DNA from: Bacteroidales bacterium
GTDB lineage: Bacteria > Bacteroidota > Bacteroidia > Bacteroidales > UBA1715
Assembly (NCBI GenBank): GCA_045600045.1
Contig: JAZRXD010000063.1
Location: 10,536 to 74,535 of the forward strand
Reading direction: 5' to 3'
DNA: 64,000 nucleotides
A program made the translations under genes and the position numbers. Of the stretch, positions 6,705-14,930 are shown in pieces (position 1 is the stretch's first letter; every line of letters begins with the position of its first letter). The notes below the pieces were generated by a model. That model was not told where the DNA came from. It searched no databases and worked only from the letters and a program-made list of their open reading frames with translations.

Positions 6705-8867
6705 TTATCTGTAATCTTGAGAGATTTTTGTCAAAACACGAAATGAGATATTGCGCTCACCAATGTCAAAAAGAACGCGACAACATTGTTTTGTGATATT
6801 AATAGATTTAACAATACCATCTCCAAATATTTCATGATGAACCTTAGCACCTTCTTCAAACAGATTTTCATCATCTTTTTCAGGTTCATCATCCAACATC
6901 TGCATCATACTGTCAGTTCCATGCCATAAATCATCGTCAAAATCACCTTCGGTAACAAGTGCTGATTTTTTTATTTCACGAATAAAACGAGACGGATATT
7001 TGTCACATTGATACGCACCATTGTATCCTTCTGATTCAGTTAAGAACAAGGCTTTTTCTGCTCTAGTAAATGCAACATACGCAAGGCGACGTTCTTCTTC
7101 TTCGGCAGATTTTTTTCTTTCTCGTATTGAACGATAACTTGGCATTATACCTTCCGTCAGCCCCACAACAAAAACATAAGAAAACTCCAACCCCTTCGCC
7201 TGATGAATTGTCATCAATTTAATAGAATCGGTATTCTTTTTATAGTCCGCATTTGTATACAAAGCAATGTCTTGCAAATATGATATCAATGTTACTGAAT
7301 CTTCTTTATGCGAAGTTTCATAATATTGGATAGAGTTTATAAGTTCCTTTAGATTCTCTAAACGATCTTCATCAGAATCTTTTCGTAATTCATCTTGGTA
7401 GCCTGTATTTATCAAAATGTAAGTCAACAAATCAGATATAGTCCATTTACTTGCATTTGATTTACATTTTTCAATTACATCAATAAAGTCATCTACGGAT
7501 TTTTGATGAAATACCTTGTCTTCTTTATGCTTTTTTAAAGTTTCGTACAATGTACAATTTTCACCATTCGCCAAAGTTTGTAAACGCTGCAAATACACTT
7601 TCCCTATTTTTCGAGATGGAACATTTGCAACTCGCATGAATGACAAATCATCTCCTGTCGCAACCAAACGAAGATACGATAACATATCTTTTATTTCCTT
7701 TCTGTCAAAGAAACGCACACCACCCCAAATTGTATAATTAAAATGATTACGAATAAAAGCTTCTTCTATATTTCGAGATAAACTAGACGTGCGATATAAG
7801 ATTGCATAATCAGAATAATTAATTGAAGGATCTTTTTTTCTCATTTCCTTGATTTGCTTAACAATCCAATTTGATTCTTCCAAATCATTCTTCCCGTGAA
7901 AATGAATCACTTTTGGCCCCTCGTCCCGATTGGTAAACAAATCTTTCTTTATTCGATTTTGATTATTCGCAATTATAGTATTCGCGACATTCAGAATACT
8001 TTTTGAGGAACGATAATTTTGAGACAAAACAATATCCTTATCACATTGAAATTGAATAAAATGATCGGGCAATACGCCTCTCCACTCATATATCAATTGG
8101 TCGGGATCACCTACGACAAACAAGTTTTTGTAATATTCACATAAAGTTTCTACAAGCAGCCATTCGTTTTCACTGCAATCTTGAGCTTCATCAACCATTA
8201 TGTAATTCAATTCTTGTTGCCAATAATCTCTCGCCTCAGTATAATTATAAAGAATATATAGCGTAAAATAAATCAAATCATCAAAATCCAAAGCAAACAA
8301 CCTTGATTGCTTCTTCAGATATTGAACAAAATTATTATCTTCCTTTTCAACCATCAAAAAACCAGGCAAAAGATATGGTTTTATATAAGAAACAGAGGCT
8401 GATTTTTTTCGGAATAAGACTTTTTTCCACACAGCCATTTCTTGCAAAAACTTATTTATTGTTTTTACACTTCTATCTTGCTTTGAATCTTCTAACACTT
8501 CCCGTGCGATTGTTTTTGTATCTTCCTCGTCAAGTATTGTAAATGTTGCAGGATATCCTAAACGATATATTTCCCTTCTAAGAAATTTCACACAAAAACC
8601 GTGAAAAGTACAGACAAAATCATTGTAGTTACCTGCTGGTACCAATTGAGCGATGCGCTGAATCATTTCTTTTGCTGCCTTATTGGTAAACGTAACACAA
8701 AGTATATTTGAAGGATCGATACCTAATGTATTAACAATATATGCATAACGATGAGTTAAGGTTCTAGTTTTTCCAGATCCTGCACCAGCTAACACTCTCA
8801 CACGCCCTTCTGTAGCTAAAACAGCTTCTATTTGTTTGTCATTTAATCCGTTCAAAACCTTATCCAT
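6705..8867 (-). CDS. UvrD/PcrA/Rep-family SF1 ATP-dependent DNA helicase
   Basis: Walker A GAGSGKTRTL, motif II MVDEAQD, motif IV QNYRSS, TIHQAKGLEF, and motif VI VAFTRAEKAL. There is a C-terminal small beta domain (VHHEIFGDGIVKSI). Confidence 0.9.
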   Translation of the reverse strand: MDKVLNGLNDKQIEAVLATEGRVRVLAGAGSGKTRTLTHRYAYIVNTLGIDPSNILCVTFTNKAAKEMIQRIAQLVPAGNYNDFVCTFHGFCVKFLRREIYRLGYPATFTILDEEDTKTIAREVLEDSKQDRSVKTINKFLQEMAVWKKVLFRKKSASVSYIKPYLLPGFLMVEKEDNNFVQYLKKQSRLFALDFDDLIYFTLYILYNYTEARDYWQQELNYIMVDEAQDCSENEWLLVETLCEYYKNLFVVGDPDQLIYEWRGVLPDHFIQFQCDKDIVLSQNYRSSKSILNVANTIIANNQNRIKKDLFTNRDEGPKVIHFHGKNDLEESNWIVKQIKEMRKKDPSINYSDYAILYRTSSLSRNIEEAFIRNHFNYTIWGGVRFFDRKEIKDMLSYLRLVATGDDLSFMRVANVPSRKIGKVYLQRLQTLANGENCTLYETLKKHKEDKVFHQKSVDDFIDVIEKCKSNASKWTISDLLTYILINTGYQDELRKDSDEDRLENLKELINSIQYYETSHKEDSVTLISYLQDIALYTNADYKKNTDSIKLMTIHQAKGLEFSYVFVVGLTEGIMPSYRSIRERKKSAEEEERRLAYVAFTRAEKALFLTESEGYNGAYQCDKYPSRFIREIKKSALVTEGDFDDDLWHGTDSMMQMLDDEPEKDDENLFEEGAKVHHEIFGDGIVKSINITKQCCRVLFDIGERNISFRVLTKISQDYR

Positions 8868-9167
8868 ATATATTAAATTCTAAAAGTTATTGTGACTTCA
8901 ATGATTGAACATATTCCTAACATTAACCCTGTTGTAATATCTAATTACATATTCATTTTATTAGTCTTGCATAAAGATAAAATAATATCCTCAATAAACA
9001 TATTACATATTGTAACCATTCCCCACAATTGTGTAGGACATATGTTGTTATTGACGACAAGCAAAACAACATGTTTCGTAACATATAAAGTTCGTTCTAT
9101 TTCCGTAAAAACATAACAAACTTTATTTTTAAAATTCATTTGTTGGACGCGATAAATACGGAAAATC

Positions 9168-10943
9168 CTATTCCATCGCTTCAGCAACTATTTCCGCTAT
9201 ATCTTTCACCTGAACGTCAACACCTTTCACAAAGGTCTTTTTGCACAACGGACAAGCTGTAGCCAATACATCGGGATTTTGTTTCAACAATACCTTGAGT
9301 GTTTCTGCTTTAATCTCGTTTCTCGATGCCATAGACAAACTCAAATCGCCCTGCGAGCCACTGCAACACAAAGAGTTGACTTTCTCCTGCTGCGTACTCT
9401 GCAAAGCGCCTGTCATACGCAACAAATCGCGTGGTGGCTCGTACACTCCGCAACCTCGTCCTAATTCGCACGGATCGTGATATACGATAGATTTGTCGGA
9501 TTTCTTCAACGAAATTCGTCCTTGTTGTACCAACTCCAAGAAGTATTCGGAATGGTGCTTAATGGTGATTTGACCTAATTCATAATCGTCTCTAAACACT
9601 TTGTAACAAATCGGACACGAAACCAACAATGTTGTTGCTCCCGATTCTATAATTTTTTCGCGATTGTACTCTATCAACTTCTTTGCCGCCTGGTATTGTC
9701 CAGCCAACATCAACGGACGACCGCAACACGCTCCTTTTTCCTTGTCCAAAAATTGATAATTCACATTGGCTTTTTCCAACACTTTTACTACGGATTTCTT
9801 TATACCCGGCGTCATGTGCGTCATACAACCTGCAAAATAAATCACTTCTGGTTTCGTGTTTTCCTGTGGCGGTTCTACAGGCAATGTCTGCAAAAATGCA
9901 TAATCAGAATTATATTCCTTAGTCGCACGGATACGTTGTGAAATACGCAAATCGTTCAAATTGATATTGACCGGACATGCTTGCTCGCAACGGCCGCACA
10001 ACAAACAGTTGAACAACTTTCGGTCTGTTAAGTTTTGGTCGCGGATGTTTTTCAAAATATATACGGACTGGTTGTTCGATATATTTGAAATGTGCATCTG
10101 ACACACATCTATACAAATTCCGCAACGTGAGCACGAATACACTTGAATACGCGAATATGAATTGAATTCCTTTTTCAACTTCACACCCGTGCTTCGAACG
10201 CAAATCAACAAAACTTCCGTTAAAATGTGCATATAACGCGACCACGGCATACAAACGAAGAACACGCTCAAACTGATTGAATAGCCCCACCACAACGCAT
10301 TTTCGGTTGCGTGGCTTATTTCTATCCATTCAAAGAAATGACCGACAGCATTAGTCAAAAATCCACCATTATGATAGAACGACGCAGTTGCACCTTCGGC
10401 CAACAAACGCAACGGGAAAATCAGCCACAACGAATACATGGCGAATCTATCGCCAGGTTTCAGTTTCGTAGTTTTCTTGATACCAAAAATTTTACTGTTG
10501 ATTCGTTTGAAATACGCAAGTAATACGCCGCTCAACACAAACAGCAACAAAAAGTCCATCAAGTTTGCCATAAACGGCTCACCAGGGAATGTGTCGTGAA
10601 CAAAATATTGGAAGAAAATCGGATTCCACGGATATGTCAGTCCCGAGCCTGAATACACAGCCCATTCAACGTGACCGAACACAATCAGCAAAAACCAACC
10701 GAACGCAAGACTCATGTGCATATATCCCAACAACGGATTACGTTTGAATATGCGGCGGTGAATCAAACATTCCATAAAACATTCCTTGATTGCTGCCAAC
10801 GTACGTCGTGTGAAAATACTATGGACGATACGCAGTTTATCTATTTTCGAAAGTTTTGAAATCCAAAGGCTATATTTTACAAGTAAAATAAGCAACAGGA
10901 TTATCATTCCAACGGTAAATGGTAGTACAAAGCTGTTTTCCAT
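9168..10943 (-). CDS. Membrane-anchored Fe-S/CCG oxidoreductase: NarI/HdrE/DsrM-like N-terminal membrane domain fused to an HdrD/DsrK/GlpC-like domain
   Basis: The N-terminal ~250 aa are hydrophobic helices with conserved His residues (MHMSLAFGWFLLIVFGHVEW, RYMHILTE). These are followed by two ferredoxin motifs, CSRCGICIDVCQ and CLLCGRCEQACP, and then Cys-rich CCG-type segments (GACCGRP, VSCPICY, HDPCELGRGCG, CCSGSQG, TACPLCK). Confidence 0.75.
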   Translation of the reverse strand: MENSFVLPFTVGMIILLLILLVKYSLWISKLSKIDKLRIVHSIFTRRTLAAIKECFMECLIHRRIFKRNPLLGYMHMSLAFGWFLLIVFGHVEWAVYSGSGLTYPWNPIFFQYFVHDTFPGEPFMANLMDFLLLFVLSGVLLAYFKRINSKIFGIKKTTKLKPGDRFAMYSLWLIFPLRLLAEGATASFYHNGGFLTNAVGHFFEWIEISHATENALWWGYSISLSVFFVCMPWSRYMHILTEVLLICVRSTGVKLKKEFNSYSRIQVYSCSRCGICIDVCQMHISNISNNQSVYILKNIRDQNLTDRKLFNCLLCGRCEQACPVNINLNDLRISQRIRATKEYNSDYAFLQTLPVEPPQENTKPEVIYFAGCMTHMTPGIKKSVVKVLEKANVNYQFLDKEKGACCGRPLMLAGQYQAAKKLIEYNREKIIESGATTLLVSCPICYKVFRDDYELGQITIKHHSEYFLELVQQGRISLKKSDKSIVYHDPCELGRGCGVYEPPRDLLRMTGALQSTQQEKVNSLCCSGSQGDLSLSMASRNEIKAETLKVLLKQNPDVLATACPLCKKTFVKGVDVQVKDIAEIVAEAME

Positions 10944-11290
10944 TATTCTTGATCTTTAATGTCAAAAATTGTCAATCCTTTTTTGATCAACATTATAACA
11001 TTTCGTGTATTAATTCCGCGCGGACATTCCAACAAACATTTTCCGCACAACATACATTTATCTATTTCTTCGTGGGTTTTTGCCAAATCGCCCAAACGAA
11101 TCTGTAAGTTCAATTTTCTGATATTGAATGCAGTAAGATTTCCCGCACTGCAGATTGCCGTACACGAACCACACGATAAACAAGCGTTGAACGTAGGTTC
11201 GTTTTCGAGAATATAACGAATCAAACGTTTGTCGGTTTTGTCGTAGTCAACCGCACGCGATCTTGTTGTAGTAAAGCCGAAATCCTTCAT
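10943..11290 (-). CDS. Small 2x[4Fe-4S] ferredoxin-like protein (HdrC/QmoC N-domain-like)
   Basis: 115 aa with CLSCGSCTAICS and CMLCGKCLLECP. Its start overlaps the upstream gene by 4 nt (ATGA). Its stop overlaps the downstream start by 1 nt (TAATG). Confidence 0.7.
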   Translation of the reverse strand: MKDFGFTTTRSRAVDYDKTDKRLIRYILENEPTFNACLSCGSCTAICSAGNLTAFNIRKLNLQIRLGDLAKTHEEIDKCMLCGKCLLECPRGINTRNVIMLIKKGLTIFDIKDQE

Positions 11291-12324
11291 ATCGCTGAAT
11301 TAATAAAATAATCACGGACAGCAAATGCAACCGCTTTTGCGTGACTTACCGTATCGAAAATCGACATTGGTCCTACACTTGTTCCAGCCGTAAACAAACC
11401 CGGCACGTTCGTCAAGTTTGAGCCAATATGATGATCCAACGGTTTTACGAAACGATTTGCCGCACATTCCAATCCACACGATTGCTGGAACAAAGCAGTG
11501 CTTTTGGGTGATTCCATACCAACCATCAACACCAACATATCGACGTGCATTCTGCATGGACGGGCTGCCAACGTATCTTCCACCTTCAACTGTAATGTTC
11601 CGTCAGGATTTTCGGCAACTTCCGACAAACGACCACGAACAAACTGTACGTGGTATTTTTCCTGAGCCTCGCGATACATTTCCTCGAAACCTTGTCCGTA
11701 CATACGCAAATCCATATAACAACAGAACACTTCGGCCTGCGGGAACAATTGTTTCATGTGTATGGCCTGTTTCACAGCCGTTACACAACATAATTTTGAA
11801 CAATAGTGATTGCCCGATTTTTCATCACGAGAACCAACACAATGAATAAATGCTATTTTTTGTGGAATTTTATCCATTGGGGTTCTAAATTCTTGTCCAT
11901 TCAATTGATTGAAACGCATTTCCAAATCAGCAGACGTCAAGACATTGTCGTAAATCTTATAACCATATTCCTCTTTGCGTTCCGCATTGAAAAGTTTGTA
12001 ACCCGAAGCAATCACTACCGCACGGCTACGGAAAACAACATCGCGCGATGTATGAACTTCAAATGCACCGTCTTCCAACTTTTTAATAGAAATAACATCG
12101 GTATTAAGATATATGGTAAGAGCACGTTTACGCGTTTCGTCGGTGTAGTGAGCGATTACATCCGATGCTTCACGAAACGTAGGAAACAGTGTGTTCCAAT
12201 TATTTACGTGTCCGCCAATGTTTTTTTCTTTTTCAACAACTACGGTTTCGTAGCCTAAATCCTGTAACGAACAAGCCGCTTCAATACCAGCAATTCCGCC
12301 ACCAATTATAAGAACGTCTATCAT
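11287..12324 (-). CDS. HdrA/QmoA-like FAD-dependent oxidoreductase (short form)
   Basis: FAD fingerprint VLIIGGGIAGIEAA..VVVEKEKNIGG and the HdrA-type cluster motif CVGSRDEKSGNHYCSKLCC. At 345 aa it lacks the ferredoxin and MvhD-binding inserts of methanogen HdrA. Confidence 0.75.
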   Translation of the reverse strand: MIDVLIIGGGIAGIEAACSLQDLGYETVVVEKEKNIGGHVNNWNTLFPTFREASDVIAHYTDETRKRALTIYLNTDVISIKKLEDGAFEVHTSRDVVFRSRAVVIASGYKLFNAERKEEYGYKIYDNVLTSADLEMRFNQLNGQEFRTPMDKIPQKIAFIHCVGSRDEKSGNHYCSKLCCVTAVKQAIHMKQLFPQAEVFCCYMDLRMYGQGFEEMYREAQEKYHVQFVRGRLSEVAENPDGTLQLKVEDTLAARPCRMHVDMLVLMVGMESPKSTALFQQSCGLECAANRFVKPLDHHIGSNLTNVPGLFTAGTSVGPMSIFDTVSHAKAVAFAVRDYFINSAI

Positions 12325-12331
12325 ATTTCAA

Positions 12332-12403
12332 TTGATAATTGATAACTGATGATTGATAATTGCAATTACCTCTAACGTAACTGTCAATTCTCAATCGTCA
12401 ATT
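12332..12403. repeat. Two short 7-bp-period repeat arrays in inverted orientation, inside the hdrB-like/hdrA-like spacer
   Basis: 12332-12359 reads TTGATAA TTGATAA CTGATGA TTGATAA. 12383-12403 reads GTCAATT CTCAATC GTCAATT. The core ATTGA of the first array is the reverse complement of TCAAT in the second. Confidence 0.8.
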
Positions 12404-12429
12404 TTCCATTAAACATTTATCATTACAAA

Positions 12430-13497
12430 CTAACACTTCAAATTTGTCGGACATTCAGGAATCGGCATTTGGTTTCCGTTTTTGTCCAAGTATTTTGCTT
12501 TTGGATCGTATTCTATACCAAGTTTGTCAAGCAATGGTTCGCATTGAACCTGGTGCATTTGCAATCCTAAATCCCATGGATTGTAGCCAAGAACCAAACC
12601 AGCCATTTCTTCGTATGTCAAAACCGGTATTCCGTAACCATTTTCATCGTAAGTCACGCCTTCCATTTCTGCCAATGTATATTGCCATTTGTCCATAAAC
12701 ATTGAACATCCAGGACAGTTCGCAACAATAAAATCGGGTTTGTACGGTTTCATCGATTCCAATTTCTTTTTCGTATTCGAAACCGAATATCCACGGTTTG
12801 CCTGAACCAAATAGTTTCGGAAGCCAAATCCGCAACAATGGCGGCGTTCTGGATAGTCAACCACATTTCCACCCCACGATTCAATCATACCACTCAAAAC
12901 TTGTGGAAATTCGGCACCACCAACACCTTTTGTCGGAAACATTTTTGCATAGTGGCAACCAATATGTTCCACAACATTCAATGGTTCTCCCGTTTGTGCA
13001 TTTACCAATTTGTATTTTGCTTTTTGAGCAATTTCATCACGGAATTTATAGATAATATCGCTAGTATGGGCAATATTCTTTGGCACATTAAATTCGCGTT
13101 TTGTAGCTTTATACAAATATTCGCGGATTTTCTCCAACTGTTCAGGGAAATGTTGCCACAAATCAAGAATTTCGGTATAAATGCCAAAAGACGTCACGCA
13201 CGAAATTGCCACATTTTCCAAACCTGCTTCCGTCATCAATGCAAAGTGACGGGCTACAACTGTTTGTATTGTATCGAACGGAACAATATCGGAATGATAA
13301 CCTATACCCGTACACGTTGTATGATTCGGATCGTCGAAAATATTTTTTCCCAATTCATCACGTAAAATACGCAAAAACATAACTTCCGAAGCTGGGAAAA
13401 AATTCTGACGGATGCAACTACGCGCATAATAATAATTGTCGTCGGCAATCTCTTTCTGATAAGAACTCCAAATTTGTTTTTTACCCTCTAAATTCAT
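12430..13497 (-). CDS. HdrB-like protein with two CCG (Cys-rich) domains
   Basis: 355 aa. Cys-rich segments are TTCTGIGYH / ISCVTSFG and HCCGFGFRN / NCPGCSMFMD, as in heterodisulfide reductase subunit B and related CCG proteins. It starts 4 nt after the upstream HdrC-like stop. Confidence 0.75.
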   Translation of the reverse strand: MNLEGKKQIWSSYQKEIADDNYYYARSCIRQNFFPASEVMFLRILRDELGKNIFDDPNHTTCTGIGYHSDIVPFDTIQTVVARHFALMTEAGLENVAISCVTSFGIYTEILDLWQHFPEQLEKIREYLYKATKREFNVPKNIAHTSDIIYKFRDEIAQKAKYKLVNAQTGEPLNVVEHIGCHYAKMFPTKGVGGAEFPQVLSGMIESWGGNVVDYPERRHCCGFGFRNYLVQANRGYSVSNTKKKLESMKPYKPDFIVANCPGCSMFMDKWQYTLAEMEGVTYDENGYGIPVLTYEEMAGLVLGYNPWDLGLQMHQVQCEPLLDKLGIEYDPKAKYLDKNGNQMPIPECPTNLKC

Positions 13498-13501
13498 AGT
13501 C

Positions 13502-14203
13502 TTAATCTTGATGTTGGTTACTATTATACGTGAGCACGTGCATCAAATATTCATTGTTATTTTCGTCGGTGCTCAAATTCATTTCCTCGGCTTTTTTCTG
13601 CGAAGCCGATTCTATCGCATCGTAAAAATCCTGACCGCCGGTAACCTTAAAAATCTCAGCTAGTTCGTCAAGATTTTTTTGATGAATCTTGCGCATTGCG
13701 CCAGCACCATCCTTATACAAATTTGCTCCCAATCTGTCGTACAACGCTTCGCGGTTTTCGTATGCCCATTCCCAAATAACACCTTGTTCTGGGTGAAGTT
13801 CAGGTTTTACAAGTACAGGATGCACGCAATAACCATATTTCAAAATACTTTCACCTATTGTTTTTTTCAATCCATATTGTTGACGACCTTTTTCGCTTTC
13901 GGTGAAAAATCCACATTTTTGCGACAAAGTACGTAATGCCTGAATAATCATTCCTGCCGCATTACCACGAGGGCAACGTGTTTTGCAGGACATACATTGT
14001 CCACAATACCATATCAAATTCGATTTCAACAAATGTTCTATTTCCTCGTTATCACGACGTTGAACAATTGTTACAATCATTCTAGGATCGTATTTATAAA
14101 ATTCGGCAGCAGGACAAATGGCGCAACAAACGCCACAATTCAAGCAAGAATGAAGAGCTTCCTGAAAACGGACATCTTTCTCTAATTCAGCAACATAATC
14201 CAT
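13502..14203 (-). CDS. HdrC-like 2x[4Fe-4S] protein
   Basis: CLNCGVCCAICP and CGQCMSCKTRCP motifs. Start moved to the internal ATG (MDYVAELEKD, 14203). The 17-codon track extension is basic, low-complexity sequence. Confidence 0.7.
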   Translation of the reverse strand: MDYVAELEKDVRFQEALHSCLNCGVCCAICPAAEFYKYDPRMIVTIVQRRDNEEIEHLLKSNLIWYCGQCMSCKTRCPRGNAAGMIIQALRTLSQKCGFFTESEKGRQQYGLKKTIGESILKYGYCVHPVLVKPELHPEQGVIWEWAYENREALYDRLGANLYKDGAGAMRKIHQKNLDELAEIFKVTGGQDFYDAIESASQKKAEEMNLSTDENNNEYLMHVLTYNSNQHQD

Positions 14204-14324
14204 ATCGTTTCTTTTATGTTTTGAATTCTTCTTTTGACTGTAACAAAGTATCAAAAAAAACTCAAGAAAAACGATAGTGCAAAAACGTAAATTCCCAGAT
14301 ACGTATTTTCACGTATATCTTGGC

Positions 14325-14921
14325 TTAAAAACCTGAGATAGAAAGATTCATCTGAAACTTTTTATCGTAATAAACTGGAGAAAATGAAACATTCACATTG
14401 TTCTTGCTGTCAATTTTTTTCTCCATCAACCGCATTGTAAAAATACCAAATCGAGCCAAGGAAAATCCTAAAACAGCACCTGCACCAACATCCCAAATAT
14501 AATGACGTTTGTGGCAAACGCGCGACACGCCAACCGCCGAAGCGAGCGTATATGCGCCCACCCCCCACCAATTACCATATTCATATCGCACAAATTCGGC
14601 ACCAAGAAACGCCGTTGTTGTATGTCCTGAAGGGAACGAACTATTTCCCCGTTTATCTGGACGTTCCTCGGAAATCACATTTTTTAGTATTCCGTTAACA
14701 ACTCCATATTCCGCAAGATAAGCAATCCCCATATTGGTGAACCGAAGCCACAACTTATCGTTTGCCTCAACGCCAACCAATCCTAACCCTACAGCAGCAA
14801 CTGCAGGCACATATTGTCCATAGGTTTCCCAATAGGAATAATCAATTCTTTGTGCAAAAACTTTCTGTAAACCAAACAGTTGACACAAGAAAAAGATTGC
14901 TATAATTACGTATTTCCTCAT
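14325..14921 (-). CDS. PAP2-family (type 2 phosphatidic acid / undecaprenyl-PP-type) phosphatase
   Basis: Complete PAP2 tripartite motif: KNVISEERP, PSGH, SRVCHKRHYIWD. Signal/TM N-terminus. Starts 9 nt after the upstream gene. Confidence 0.85.
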   Translation of the reverse strand: MRKYVIIAIFFLCQLFGLQKVFAQRIDYSYWETYGQYVPAVAAVGLGLVGVEANDKLWLRFTNMGIAYLAEYGVVNGILKNVISEERPDKRGNSSFPSGHTTTAFLGAEFVRYEYGNWWGVGAYTLASAVGVSRVCHKRHYIWDVGAGAVLGFSLARFGIFTMRLMEKKIDSKNNVNVSFSPVYYDKKFQMNLSISGF

Positions 14922-14930
14922 TGCGGAATA

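Noticed and set aside
6705-8867. UvrD-like helicase as part of an anti-phage defence system (Gabija/other helicase-nuclease pairs).
   Set aside because: It is a lone gene with all canonical SF1 UvrD/PcrA motifs and a small C-terminal beta domain. No nuclease, ATPase or methylase partner is adjacent. A tRNA operon and a redox cluster flank it, so it is most simply a housekeeping repair helicase.
9042-9072. Hairpin ATGTTGTT-N15-AACAACAT as the terminator of the Hdr-like operon.
   Set aside because: The stem is AT-rich, the loop is 15 nt, and no T-run follows on the minus strand, so it is not a convincing intrinsic terminator.
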